A DNA stretch of 64,000 bases from Pyrinomonadaceae bacterium (GTDB lineage: Bacteria > Acidobacteriota > Blastocatellia > Pyrinomonadales > Pyrinomonadaceae). The notes beneath the pieces were generated by a model. That model worked only from the letters and a program-made list of their open reading frames with translations. It was not told the DNA's origin and ran no database searches. The number at the start of each line of letters is the position of its first letter. Position 1 is the stretch's first letter. The DNA is taken from NCBI GenBank assembly GCA_036379655.1, contig DASVGG010000130.1:6272-70271 (forward strand). Reading direction: 5' to 3'. This document shows positions 18,543 through 27,973 of the stretch, in pieces. Position numbers and translations under genes: made by a program.

Positions 18543-19706
18543 TCAGAGGAGCGAGGGGTCGGCGTTCGATTGGCCTTCGGCGAAGCGCGAGGGGCGGAGG
18601 GCTTGAACGTCCAAGGTGTGCGCGGCGCCGTCGAGGATGATCTCTGAGAGGAGTTGGCCGAGGGCGGGCGCGTGCATGACGCCGTGGCCGGAGGAGCCGT
18701 TGGCGAGGTAGAGATTGTCGAACCCTTCGGCGCGTCCGAGCAGCGCGTGCCTGTCGGGCGACATCTCGTAGAGTCCCGCCCAGCAGGCCGCGCGGTCAAT
18801 CTCGGCCCGACGCAGACAAGGCACGTTCGCGTGCGCCTTCGCGACGACAGTTGTCAGCCAGTCTTCATCGACGCTCGTGTCGAAAGGGTCTTGCCCGCGC
18901 GGCTCGTCCGGCCAGAGCAGCAGCACGCGCCCGTTGCGCACGCGCAGGTGAAAGCCGTCGCTGACGCAGACCGTCATCGGCATCTCGTCCGGCAGGAGGT
19001 CCGTGGCGTGTGTGACCGCGACCTGACGGCGGAGCGGGGCGACGGGGATTTCGGCGCCGAGCACACGCCCGACCAACGCGGCCCAGGCCCCCGCCGCGTT
19101 CACGACCGCCCCGGCGGAGACCTCCCCGGCCGTCGTCAGCAACGTCCCGACCTTCCCGCCGGCGCCGCCCCTCGCGCCTTCGACCGCGACGCCGTACTCG
19201 AAACGCGCGCCCCCGCGCGACGCGGCCAACGCGTAGCCGCGCATGATTTCGAGCGGCCGGATGAAGCCGTCCGACGGGCAGTAGACGCCGCCGACAACGC
19301 CTTCAAGACTCAACGCGGGGTTGAGCCGCATGATGTCCGCGCCGCGCACGACGCACGCGTCGTTCACCCCGCATTCGCGCTGAACGGCCTGCGCGTTGAC
19401 GAGCGCGTCCAACTCGCCCTCGTCGCGCGCGACGAAGAGATACCCGCGCGGCATGTAACCCGCATCAACGCCCGTCTCCTCTTCAAACCTCAACAGTTTC
19501 TCGCGCGAGAGGAGCGACAGACGGACGTTGACCTCCGTGCCGAACTGCGCGCGGAACCCGCCCGTCGCGCGCCCCGTGCTGCCCTCGCCCGGCGCCGCGC
19601 CCCGCTCCAACACCAACACCTCGCGCACCCCACGCGCCGCGAGGTGGTACGCCACGCTCGCGCCGATGACCCCGCCGCCGATGATGACAACTTCCGCCGT
19701 CCGCAT
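18543..19706 (-). CDS. FAD-dependent oxidoreductase (DAO / sarcosine-oxidase-beta-like)
   Basis: MRTAEVVIIGGGVIGASVAYHLA dinucleotide-binding motif at the N-terminus and a C-terminal NGSSGHGVMHAPALG. The listed 584-aa ORF extends upstream over the ROK gene and is not credible. Confidence 0.8.
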   Translation of the reverse strand: MRTAEVVIIGGGVIGASVAYHLAARGVREVLVLERGAAPGEGSTGRATGGFRAQFGTEVNVRLSLLSREKLLRFEEETGVDAGYMPRGYLFVARDEGELDALVNAQAVQRECGVNDACVVRGADIMRLNPALSLEGVVGGVYCPSDGFIRPLEIMRGYALAASRGGARFEYGVAVEGARGGAGGKVGTLLTTAGEVSAGAVVNAAGAWAALVGRVLGAEIPVAPLRRQVAVTHATDLLPDEMPMTVCVSDGFHLRVRNGRVLLLWPDEPRGQDPFDTSVDEDWLTTVVAKAHANVPCLRRAEIDRAACWAGLYEMSPDRHALLGRAEGFDNLYLANGSSGHGVMHAPALGQLLSEIILDGAAHTLDVQALRPSRFAEGQSNADPSLL

Positions 19707-19720
19707 GTTGTAAGAACTCT

Positions 19721-20905
19721 TTACGCCTCGGCGAGGCCGAACTTGCTCGCGAGGACGAGGCTGAGCGAGCCCATGAGCGTCGGCTCCGAGAGCGTCGAGG
19801 CGACGATGCGGGCGGAGGGGAGGCCGCGGCGGATGCTGCGCTGGATGGTCTCTTCGAGCGAGGGCGCGATGATGGGCCAGGCGCGCGTGATCTGGCCGCC
19901 GACGACGACCGTCTCGGGCGAGAGCCCGACGATGAGGTTCGAGATGCCGATGCCGAGGTAGTGCGCCGTCTCGGTCAGCGCGTCGATGGCCGGTTGGTCG
20001 CCGCCGAGCGCGCGCTCGACGACCTCGTTGAAGGGGACGGACGCGCTCTTGCCCGAGTTGGCGACGTAGCGCGCGACGGCCGCGCGCTCGGAGGCGAACG
20101 CCTCCCAACAGTCGCGGTTGCCGCACGAGCATGCGACGGGCGCGCCCTGCCCGACGATCATGTGGCCGAACTCGCCGGCCGCCCCGCGCTCGCCGCGATA
20201 TATCTGGCCGTCGAAGACGATGCCCGTCCCGATGCCTTCGGCGACGAGCGCCATGATGAAGTCGCGCGCGCCGCTCACCTCCGGGCGCCCGAACCAAAGC
20301 TCCGCGAGCGCGGCGGCGTTGGCGTCGTTGTCCACGCGCGCCTTCAGCCCCGTCGCGCGCCCTATCTCTTCGGCGACGGGCCAGTCGCGCCAGCGGAAGA
20401 AGGGAATGTAGATGGCGCGCCCCGTCCCCGTGTCCACGAGCCCGGGCAGGCTCACGCCGACGCCCGCGATGGCGCCCTGATGTTGGCGCCCGGCGATGTC
20501 GCGCAGGCGCTCGACGACGTGCGCGGCCAACTCGTCTGGGCGCGGGCTGTTCTCGAAACTCTCGCGCGCGATGACGCGGCCGACGAGGTCGCTGGTGGCG
20601 ATGGTGGTGGCCGAAGGCGTGATGTCCACGCCGATGGCGGTCGCGCCGGCCGCGCGCAGGCGCAGGAGGGTCGGGCGTCGGCCGCCGGTCGAGGCGCCCG
20701 CGCCGATCTCCTCGATGAGCCCTTCCTCCTTCAGCTCCTCGACGATGGTCGAGACGGTCGAGCGTTGCAGCTCGGTCGAGCGCGCGATCTCCGCGCGCGA
20801 GATGGGCTCGCGGTCGCGGATGTAGTTGAGGACGAACTGCCGGTTGATGTCCCTGATCGTGGACGACCGCGCGGCCTGCGCCTTCGTGAGATCGATTCGT
20901 CTCAT
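19721..20905 (-). CDS. ROK-family transcriptional regulator
   Basis: N-terminal wHTH (ISRAEIARSTELQRSTVSTIVEELKEEGLI), the ROK sugar-kinase fold, and the Zn motif CSCGNRDCWE. Confidence 0.85.
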   Translation of the reverse strand: MRRIDLTKAQAARSSTIRDINRQFVLNYIRDREPISRAEIARSTELQRSTVSTIVEELKEEGLIEEIGAGASTGGRRPTLLRLRAAGATAIGVDITPSATTIATSDLVGRVIARESFENSPRPDELAAHVVERLRDIAGRQHQGAIAGVGVSLPGLVDTGTGRAIYIPFFRWRDWPVAEEIGRATGLKARVDNDANAAALAELWFGRPEVSGARDFIMALVAEGIGTGIVFDGQIYRGERGAAGEFGHMIVGQGAPVACSCGNRDCWEAFASERAAVARYVANSGKSASVPFNEVVERALGGDQPAIDALTETAHYLGIGISNLIVGLSPETVVVGGQITRAWPIIAPSLEETIQRSIRRGLPSARIVASTLSEPTLMGSLSLVLASKFGLAEA

Positions 20906-20917
20906 CGGCTTAAAGTA

Positions 20918-20970
20918 GGACTGAGGACTGAGTGAAGAAGTAGCGAACTCTCTGACTCAGTCCTCAGTCC
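20918..20970. repeat. 16-bp stem-loop built from GGACTGA words
   Basis: GGACTGAGGACTGAGT (20918-20933) is the reverse complement of 20955-20970, with a 21-nt loop. It lies downstream of the cytochrome gene on the minus strand. Confidence 0.9.
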
Positions 20971-20982
20971 TCAGCACTTTAT

Positions 20983-22182
20983 TTATGGCTTCGGCGTCGC
21001 AGCCGGCGCGGGTGGCATGTCGAACACCGTGTCTTCGACGGGGACGCCGTGTTTGACCTCGGTGACGGTCTGCGTGCGGCTGTAGAAGGTGTCGATGGCC
21101 GAGATGCGGACGGTGAAAGGTATCTTGACGCCGTCCACGTCGCGGTAGTCCTCGAAGTCAACCTGCTCGGGAATCTGGTTGAGGATGGCGTCGGTGAGCG
21201 TCACGACGCGCAGCAGCAGCCCCGTCTCCGCGTCGAAGAAGTAGCGGCGCTGGACGGTCTCCGAAGTGCGGTCCACGACGACGACCGCGTCGCGCTCGCC
21301 CACCTTCCTGCGCCCGCCCACGCGCATCGTCTGCGTGGGCGTGAACTTGACCACGTTGAAGAGGTCGAGCGTCCTGCGCGCGTCCGCGAGTTCGCCGGGG
21401 TTGAAGGCGCGCGTGCCGCGCGGGCCAGCCATCCAACCCGTCGTGCCGCTGACGGCCCTGCGCTGCTGCCCGCCCTGCGGCCCTTCCATAACGAGCAGGG
21501 CCTTGTCGGTTCCCTTCAGCGTGACCTCGAACTTCTGTGTGCGGCCCTGCGAGGCCACGGCCGTCCCCTTGACGACGAGCGTCTGAAACTGTTTGACCGC
21601 CTCGGGCTTGCCGACGGCCGCGACGTACTTGTCGAAGACCTGCTGCACGGTCGGCTGCTCGGGGCGCGCCGCGCCGGTAGCGGGCGCGCCGTGCGACGTG
21701 GCCGGCGCGCCGGGCGCCGGCTCGTGGCCCGAGACGGCGAGCGGAAGCGTGGGCAGGCTCTGCGGGTGCTCCTGCCCTCGGTGGCATGTGTAGCAGGTCA
21801 CCTGGCCACGGCTGATTCCGTACTCACCCTTGCCGACGGCCAGGACCATGCGCATCATCTCGCGCGCGACCTTCTTCTCCTCCTTCTCGTCGCTCTCCCA
21901 GACCCACTGCGTCTGTCCCGTCTGCGGGTCGCGCCCCTTGTTGACGTGGCAGAAGCCGCACTGCACGCCGAGCGAGGCCGCGATGAAGTTCATCTCGGGG
22001 AAGAGCTGCGACTCGGGCAGTCCCTTCAAGACCTGTATGTTCTTGCGCGTCTGCTCGACCGGTTTGTCCCCCTGGGGCGGCCCCTGCGCCTCGGTGCGCG
22101 CGGCCTGCCCCCACAGCACGAACGACGCGGCGAGGGTGAGAGCCGCGCACACGACTCCTCGCATCAAACGATCTTTCGACAT
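20983..22182 (-). CDS. di-haem c-type cytochrome (RC-cytochrome-c-like N-domain) with a C-terminal beta-rich domain
   Basis: Signal peptide, two CxxCH motifs (CGFCH, CYTCH), and context (NIQVLKGLP...M..I..SLGV.C.FCH) typical of the reaction-centre cytochrome c subunit family. I prefer the ATG at 22182 over the TTG at 22203. Confidence 0.7.
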   Translation of the reverse strand: MSKDRLMRGVVCAALTLAASFVLWGQAARTEAQGPPQGDKPVEQTRKNIQVLKGLPESQLFPEMNFIAASLGVQCGFCHVNKGRDPQTGQTQWVWESDEKEEKKVAREMMRMVLAVGKGEYGISRGQVTCYTCHRGQEHPQSLPTLPLAVSGHEPAPGAPATSHGAPATGAARPEQPTVQQVFDKYVAAVGKPEAVKQFQTLVVKGTAVASQGRTQKFEVTLKGTDKALLVMEGPQGGQQRRAVSGTTGWMAGPRGTRAFNPGELADARRTLDLFNVVKFTPTQTMRVGGRRKVGERDAVVVVDRTSETVQRRYFFDAETGLLLRVVTLTDAILNQIPEQVDFEDYRDVDGVKIPFTVRISAIDTFYSRTQTVTEVKHGVPVEDTVFDMPPAPAATPKP

Positions 22183-22383
22183 CGAGTCTTCAAGTCCTTT
22201 CAAGAATGGATGGGTGTTCGGCCGCGCCGCTCACGGTGAAGCCAGTGCGGGCATTGTACGTGCGCCGCCGAACCGCGTCCACCCATTTGGATAAACTCTT
22301 CTGCAACCTTTCGGACGCGCCCGCGTGTAAGGGAGGCGAGCGTCGGTCGCTTGAGACCAGCCCCCGCAGAAGAAGGAGAGACT

Positions 22384-23187
22384 ATGTACCAACCCGCAAA
22401 GAGAACGCTCCTCGCACTCGCCCTCCTCGTCCTCGCCGCGACGCCCGCGCTCGCGCAGACCGAGGCGTCGAAGCAGGATGATAACTACGTCACGCATAAG
22501 ACATTTCAGAACCGCGTCTTCGACGTGAAGAACCGCGACCCGCAGAGCCTCGTGCGCGTGCTCTCGCCGCTCACGAGCGGCTTCCGTGGCGCCGTCGTCT
22601 CGGCCAACCCGGAGTTCCGCACCATCTCCGTGCGCGACTTCCCCGAGAACCTCGCCGTCATCGAAGAGGCCATCCGCCGCCTCGACACGCCGGAGGTGGC
22701 GCGCCCCGCCATCGAGTTCCAGGTTCACATGCTCATCGCCTCGAACGAAGAGGCTTTGCAGAACCGCTATCCCGTGGAATTGAACGGCGTGGTCAAGCAA
22801 CTCCAGTCCACGCTCGGCTACAAGAACTTCAACCTGATAGGCTCGCAGATCGTGCGCGCGAAGGACGGGCAGACCGCCAACTGGAACAAGGGCGTGGCCG
22901 ACCTGCGGCTGTCGAGCGACACGCCGGCCAGCAAGAGCCCGGTCTACTACAGCTACAGCTTCAACCAGATTTCACTCGAAGGCGCGGGGGCGCGGACGCG
23001 CCTGCGGGTCGGCATGTTCAACATGGAGGTGAAGGTGCCGCTCTGGCTCGGCGGCGACAAACTGGCCTACGAGAACGTCGGCTTCAACAACCCCGTCACG
23101 CTCCGCGAGGGCGAGCACATGGTCGCCGGCACCACCAGCATCGCCGACAAGAGCCTCATCGTCATCCTCTCGGCCAAAACGCAGTAG
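22384..23187 (+). CDS. secreted protein with a secretin-N (NolW-like) domain
   Basis: Signal peptide ending ALA-QTE, then FQNRVFDVKNRDPQSLVRVLSPL...RTISVRDFPENLAVIEEAIRRLD. There is no secretin pore domain. A GAAGGAGAG SD lies before the ATG. Confidence 0.5.
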   Translation: MYQPAKRTLLALALLVLAATPALAQTEASKQDDNYVTHKTFQNRVFDVKNRDPQSLVRVLSPLTSGFRGAVVSANPEFRTISVRDFPENLAVIEEAIRRLDTPEVARPAIEFQVHMLIASNEEALQNRYPVELNGVVKQLQSTLGYKNFNLIGSQIVRAKDGQTANWNKGVADLRLSSDTPASKSPVYYSYSFNQISLEGAGARTRLRVGMFNMEVKVPLWLGGDKLAYENVGFNNPVTLREGEHMVAGTTSIADKSLIVILSAKTQ

Positions 23188-23281
23188 ACAGTAGTCAGTA
23201 GTTGAAAACAACAATCGGCGGGCGTCGGGTCTTTAAGAACCCAATGCCCGCCGATGTCTTTCTACTGACTACTGTCTACTG
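23182..23281. repeat. nested double hairpin (outer 20 bp of AGTAG words, inner 10 bp)
   Basis: CAGTAGACAGTAGTCAGTAG (23182-23201) is the reverse complement of 23262-23281. Inner stem: ATCGGCGGGC (23214-23223) pairs with GCCCGCCGAT (23246-23255). The stop codons of both convergent genes lie inside the outer arms. Confidence 0.95.
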
Positions 23282-23938
23282 CAAAATCGGGTGGCTGCCG
23301 CCACGGCTGTGGTCGTAGGTCTGCTGATAGAGACGGCGGTCGTTGTGGTAGAGGATGATGTGCTCGCCCTCGTAGCGCGCGACGTTGGCGATGCGCTGGA
23401 AGTCGCGGTCGTGCTCGCCGATGAGGAACGCACCCGGCTCCATCGAGAGCACCATCCCGGCCGCGTAGACGTACCCGCCCTTGTCGTAGACGCTCCCCCT
23501 GTACTGCGCCGCGCCCACGGCGATGTCCGGCGAGTAGGCGCCCGAGGCGTCGCGCTGGCGGTCGGCGCGGCCGATGAAGACCGTGTAGTCCGCGTAGTTC
23601 AAACGCTGCCGGTAGCCGTGGCGCGCGGCGATGGCGAACAACTCGCCGAGACCGCTATCGATGGCGCGCAACGCCTCCGCGCGCGGCCGGCTCACGGAGT
23701 AGACGCGCACGCCGCGCGGCGTCTGCGACTCGAACTCGAAGCGGTCGCCCGAATACTGCTGCGCCATCGCCAACAGGCGCGGGTCCGCGCCTCTCTGCGG
23801 CGCCGCCCTCTGCGGCACGGGCGCGGGCGTGTAGACGCGGCGCCGCCACTGCGCCGCGGCCTCGCCCCCGAGCGGCGTAAAGAGCGCGCCCCAGACAGTC
23901 AACGCAAAGATTCCGACCCTGAAAATTTTGAACTTCAC
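23276..23938 (-). CDS. hypothetical secreted protein
   Basis: GTG start with a GAGGGGG SD and a signal peptide (MKFKIFRVGIFALTVWGALF...AAAQ). I recognise no family. Confidence 0.55.
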   Translation of the reverse strand: MKFKIFRVGIFALTVWGALFTPLGGEAAAQWRRRVYTPAPVPQRAAPQRGADPRLLAMAQQYSGDRFEFESQTPRGVRVYSVSRPRAEALRAIDSGLGELFAIAARHGYRQRLNYADYTVFIGRADRQRDASGAYSPDIAVGAAQYRGSVYDKGGYVYAAGMVLSMEPGAFLIGEHDRDFQRIANVARYEGEHIILYHNDRRLYQQTYDHSRGGSHPILQ

Positions 23939-24098
23939 TTCCCTGCTACCCCCTCGTCAAAAAGATTCAGGCGCGCCGTGAGGGGGAAAACTTCAACGCC
24001 TCCTCCGGCGCGCCTGCTTGTCCGTGGCCTGCGCGGCCCGCGTCTTCCTGAGTCCCGCGCCCCTTCTGTGAAGAGGCTGCGTCCTCAACGCACGGCCC

Positions 24099-24317
24099 TC
24101 AGGGCCTTCCTCCGCGCTTGTCGCCGTTGTTGCCCCGGTTGCCGTTGTCGTTGCCTTTGTCGCGCGGGGGCGGCGACTCCTTCGGCGGGCGGGGCACGTC
24201 CTGCTTCTCCTTCGGCGGCGGCGGCTTGTCGTTACCCTTCTGCGGCTCGTACGCCATCGCGCTGACGGCGAGCACGCACGAAGCGAGGACCGCAATAATG
24301 AGCTTCTTTAACTTCAT
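24099..24317 (-). CDS. small secreted Pro/Lys/Asn-rich protein (72 aa)
   Basis: Clear signal peptide MKLKKLIIAVLASCVLAVSAMA followed by a low-complexity tail. This is a weak call. Confidence 0.4.
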   Translation of the reverse strand: MKLKKLIIAVLASCVLAVSAMAYEPQKGNDKPPPPKEKQDVPRPPKESPPPRDKGNDNGNRGNNGDKRGGRP

Positions 24318-24566
24318 GGTTCCTGCCTTTTGCCTCCTCTTTTCCCTGTTCGCGCACGGGAGGGAGAAGGAGAGACGCGCGAGTCTCGCCGGTCAAGGTT
24401 GCAAGGCCAGTGCCACGGCCGCCGGCCCGTTCTGCAAAGCTTTTCAAGCCTTAGTTTAGCTAAAGGGGACGCCGCTCGCACCGTATGGTCGGGGCTCGCA
24501 CCGTATCGTGTACGTTCTGGTGCGAACCGCGTCGGCGTTCGGTTTTGTGCACGGGGTGCACACTTT

Positions 24567-26795
24567 TCAACGTCTTACGACGATTCTCGTGCTGCTCACG
24601 TTGCCACTGCCGTCGATGGCGCGCAGAGAGATCGTGTGCTCGCCCGCGCCCTCCAGGGGCAGTTCGAGCGCGTAAGTCTCGCGCGGGCCGTCGGCGATGC
24701 CGTCTTCGGGGAAGACCGCGCGCCACTCGCCGCTATCGACCGAAACGTCCGCGCGGCGCACGCGCCCCGACGCGTCATCGACCGTGAAACGGACGCGCGC
24801 GCGCCCGTCGGCGCCCACCTGCGAAGCCCCTTCGGCGCGCACGACCGGCGGCGAGCTATCCACGTCAACGGGTTCGCTGACGCGCTCGCCCGACAACGCC
24901 TGACCCAGAGAGTTCTCGGGCGCGTCCGTGGCGACGACCTTGAAGACGTAGCTGCCGTCGCCGAGCGCGGCGCCGTCCACCGAGAAGAAGTTGTCGCGCA
25001 GATTCTCTTTAAGCTGATGGAACGCCGTCTCGCCGACCGAACGGTAGTAGACGCTGTAGAGCATCTGGTCGCCGTTGCGGTCTTCGGCCTGCCACTGCAA
25101 CGAGACGGCGCCGCGCTGGAACGTGCGGCGCGGCGGTATCTGCACCTGCGGCCCGATGAGCGAGGGGTCGAGCCCCGACGCCTCGATGTTCGGATCGACC
25201 TGCACCTGCACGGCCGACTGAAGCGAGATGCCGACCGGCAGGACTTGAATCTGCAAGACCTCGGGCGCGACGTTGCGCGGCAGGTAGGAGAGGCTGACGT
25301 ACTCGATGCGCGGCTCCGTGCCGCCCGCCGGCCGGAGCACCGCGCGCCACTGTATGAAGCGCGCGCGCGGGCTCGTCACGCCCGCGCCCGCCGGGTCTTT
25401 GTAAGGCGTACTCCAGTCGCTCCAGGTCATGTCGGGGCGCTCCGTGTTGCCGGTGCGCGTCTGCAACTCGACCTGCCCGCGCCCGCGCCACCAGACGCGC
25501 CCCCACGAGGCGACGAACTTCGCGTCGCGCACGGGCGACTCGTAAGTCCCTTCGGCCGACTGCTCCGCGCCGAGGCGGAAGAGTTTGCCCTGGTTCGAAG
25601 AGGCCGCGAACACTTCGGCGCCGCGCACGATGAACGAAGAGATTTGGTCTTCGCTCGACTGCAACAGCAGCGTGTCGCGCCCGTCGTCCGTGACTGAGTA
25701 GATACGCCCCTTGTCGCTCGTGCCGACGAGCACGCCGCCGCCGCGCGGCGAGGCCGCGACGGAGAAGGCCGTCACCGTCTGCGAACTCCACAGAACGTCC
25801 GAGCCGCCGTCCGACCCGATGCGGAAGACGGCGGAGCGCGCGCCGTTCAACTCGTTGCGGCTGCGCGCGGGCGTCTGCGCCTGCGCGGCGAGCGCGACCG
25901 CCTGCGCGCTGCCGTCGTCGGTCGTGACCGTGCCGGTCACTGTCCCGCCCGCGCTGGCGGTGCTGACCGTAGTCGTTGATGTCGAAGACGCGCGCGGGCC
26001 GGTCGCCGCGTCGCTCAAAGCGAGCGCGTAGAGCGAGCCGTCGGCGGCCAGCGAGAGCGCGTGTATCTCGCGCAGCGGCGAGTCGAAGAGCGCGAACGCC
26101 TTACCCTGCGGCGAGACGCGCAGCACCAGACCGCCCGGGTCCGTGCCCGCGAGCAGGTTCCCCTGCCGGTCGGCGACGAGCGAGATGACGTGCGTCTCGT
26201 TGGTGTCGATGAGCAGCGCGGTCTCGGGCTTGGCGTTGGCCGCGCTCACGCGGTAGAGCTTGCCCGTGTCGCCCGTGCCGATGGCGAGCGCGCCGTCGGG
26301 CATGAGCGCCAGCGACCAGATGTACTTGTCCGGCGGGTCGAAGTAGACCTCGGCCTTGCCGTCCGCCGTCACGCGGTAGACCTTGCCGTCGGGCGACGTG
26401 CCCGCGTAGAGCGCGCCGTCGCGGCCCACGACGAGCGCCGTCACGTCCAACTCGGCCGCGTCGTAGAGCAACGCGCCCTTGCCGTCCGCCCCGACGCGGA
26501 AGATGCGCCCGTCGTGCCCCGTCCCGAGGTAGACGTTCCCCGAGGCGTCGGCCGCGCTCGACCAGACGTAAGCCTGTTGCGTGTCGAAGACCTGCGTGAA
26601 CTTCGGCGCGAGCATCAACGCGCCCGTGTCCGTGACGGAGACGCCGCGCGACTCGCCCGCAAGAAGTTGCCCGCGCGAGTCGGTCTCCCACACGACCGGC
26701 CCGCCGGCCTCCGTTTTCACGACGCCGAAGATGAAGACCGCTGTCGAGAGGAGGAAGAGTTGAAGAGTGCGAAGGGGCATGCGTCTGTTTGTCAT
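24567..26795 (-). CDS. secreted beta-propeller repeat protein with C-terminal Ig-like region
   Basis: Signal/TM segment, then many repeats of the type G.LY.GT...GK.YRV..DGK...L. The start is taken at MTNRRMPLR (26795). Confidence 0.65.
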   Translation of the reverse strand: MTNRRMPLRTLQLFLLSTAVFIFGVVKTEAGGPVVWETDSRGQLLAGESRGVSVTDTGALMLAPKFTQVFDTQQAYVWSSAADASGNVYLGTGHDGRIFRVGADGKGALLYDAAELDVTALVVGRDGALYAGTSPDGKVYRVTADGKAEVYFDPPDKYIWSLALMPDGALAIGTGDTGKLYRVSAANAKPETALLIDTNETHVISLVADRQGNLLAGTDPGGLVLRVSPQGKAFALFDSPLREIHALSLAADGSLYALALSDAATGPRASSTSTTTVSTASAGGTVTGTVTTDDGSAQAVALAAQAQTPARSRNELNGARSAVFRIGSDGGSDVLWSSQTVTAFSVAASPRGGGVLVGTSDKGRIYSVTDDGRDTLLLQSSEDQISSFIVRGAEVFAASSNQGKLFRLGAEQSAEGTYESPVRDAKFVASWGRVWWRGRGQVELQTRTGNTERPDMTWSDWSTPYKDPAGAGVTSPRARFIQWRAVLRPAGGTEPRIEYVSLSYLPRNVAPEVLQIQVLPVGISLQSAVQVQVDPNIEASGLDPSLIGPQVQIPPRRTFQRGAVSLQWQAEDRNGDQMLYSVYYRSVGETAFHQLKENLRDNFFSVDGAALGDGSYVFKVVATDAPENSLGQALSGERVSEPVDVDSSPPVVRAEGASQVGADGRARVRFTVDDASGRVRRADVSVDSGEWRAVFPEDGIADGPRETYALELPLEGAGEHTISLRAIDGSGNVSSTRIVVRR

Positions 26796-26910
26796 CAAGT
26801 ATGAAGGTTCGCTTTCAATGTTCAAGGGGCATGAGCCGGGGCGACGTTCGTTCCCGCCCGCCTTCATGAATCATAACCCGAAAGAAGGACGCGCGAAACC
26901 GCTTCTGTCT

Positions 26911-26942
26911 GATTTGAAATTTCAACTCTGAAATTTCAAATC
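26911..26942 (-). terminator. A/T-rich 14-bp hairpin directly after the ThiF/MoeB-like gene
   Basis: GATTTGAAATTTCA (26911-26924) pairs with TGAAATTTCAAATC (26929-26942) around a 4-nt loop. It abuts the stop codon at 26943. Confidence 0.6.
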
Positions 26943-27959
26943 TCAATTCCCCACGTAACGCGCGTAGACCGAGCGCGCGACGGCCGCGTCGTCCGTGCCG
27001 CGCACGATGGCGCGCGCGTCGCGGAAGACGGTCAACTCGTACGCGCCCGCGCGCAGCCGCACGAGGTACTCGTTGACCTTCACCTCGCCCGCGCCGCTCA
27101 AACGTTCCGCTAAAGCCTTGAGGTCGAGCGACGTTGTTCCCCGTGGCGAGACCTGCACGGCGTCGCGCCCGCAGAGCACGGTCGTCAGATCGCCCGCCTC
27201 CGCCTCCAACGTCTCGAACCGTCGGAGCGCGCACGTCGGACAGTCCGGCAGACGTTCTCCCGTGGAGATGCCCCGCCACTCGTTGTGCCACACGTCGAAC
27301 CGCATCAGGCGCCCGTGAAGATTTTCGACCCGTCCCGTCAGGAGCTTCAAAGCCTCTGTCACTTGGACCGCGGCGACGATTGAGATGATAGGCATGATGA
27401 CGCCCGCCGTGTCGCACGTCGGCGCCGTGCCGGCGGCCGGCACTTCGGGGAAGACGCAGCGCAGGCAGGGCGTCGTGCCCGGCCTCACCGTGAGCGTCAC
27501 GCCGTAGCTCCCCACGGCCGCGCCGTAGACCCACGCGACGCCTTGCTTGACGCACGCGTCGTTGACGAGGAAGCGCGTCGCGAAGTTGTCTGTGCCGTCG
27601 AGCACCACGTCGCAGCCCTCAACGAGACGCTCGACGTTCGAACGGTTCACGTCCGCGACCTCCGCCTCGCACGCCACGTCGGAGTTAATCTCCGCGACGC
27701 GTCTCGCCGCCGCGACGGCCTTCGGCACACGCTCGCGCGCGTCGCGCTCCGTGAACATCGTCTGCCGCTGTAGGTTCGACTCTTCGACAAAATCTCTGTC
27801 AACGATTCGCAGTCGCCCCACGCCCGCGCGCGCCAGCATCTCGACCTGCGCCGACCCCAAAGCGCCGCACCCGACGACGAGCGCACGCGACTCGCGCAGA
27901 CGCCGCTGCCCCTCCTCGCCGATGCCCTCGAATAGAATCTGCCTGCTGTAACGCTCCAT
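26943..27959 (-). CDS. ThiF/MoeB-family E1-like adenylyltransferase
   Basis: YSRQILFEGIGEEGQRRL, GCGALGS nucleotide loop, two CxxC pairs (CLRC, CPTC), and the long C-terminal domain seen in the roughly 340-aa Bacillus-type MoeB/ThiF. Confidence 0.8.
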   Translation of the reverse strand: MERYSRQILFEGIGEEGQRRLRESRALVVGCGALGSAQVEMLARAGVGRLRIVDRDFVEESNLQRQTMFTERDARERVPKAVAAARRVAEINSDVACEAEVADVNRSNVERLVEGCDVVLDGTDNFATRFLVNDACVKQGVAWVYGAAVGSYGVTLTVRPGTTPCLRCVFPEVPAAGTAPTCDTAGVIMPIISIVAAVQVTEALKLLTGRVENLHGRLMRFDVWHNEWRGISTGERLPDCPTCALRRFETLEAEAGDLTTVLCGRDAVQVSPRGTTSLDLKALAERLSGAGEVKVNEYLVRLRAGAYELTVFRDARAIVRGTDDAAVARSVYARYVGN

Positions 27960-27973
27960 CCCTTAAAGCCGCT

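Noticed and set aside
19707-20297. N-terminal 197-aa extension of the listed 584-aa ORF 18543..20297.
   Set aside because: The extension is Arg-rich junk that overlaps the ROK regulator in another frame. The oxidoreductase fold begins with its GxGxxG motif right at MRTAEVVIIGGG (19706).
20983-22182. The reaction-centre-type cytochrome c as evidence for phototrophy.
   Set aside because: This di-haem N-domain occurs widely in non-phototrophs, and no RC, bch or antenna genes are in the window.
26943-27959. The ThiF/MoeB E1-like enzyme as part of a ubiquitin-like or CBASS-type conflict system.
   Set aside because: There is no adjacent ubiquitin-like, JAB, E2 or cyclase gene. The neighbours are shikimate and unrelated secreted proteins. 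The length and C-terminal domain match ordinary MoeB/ThiF.
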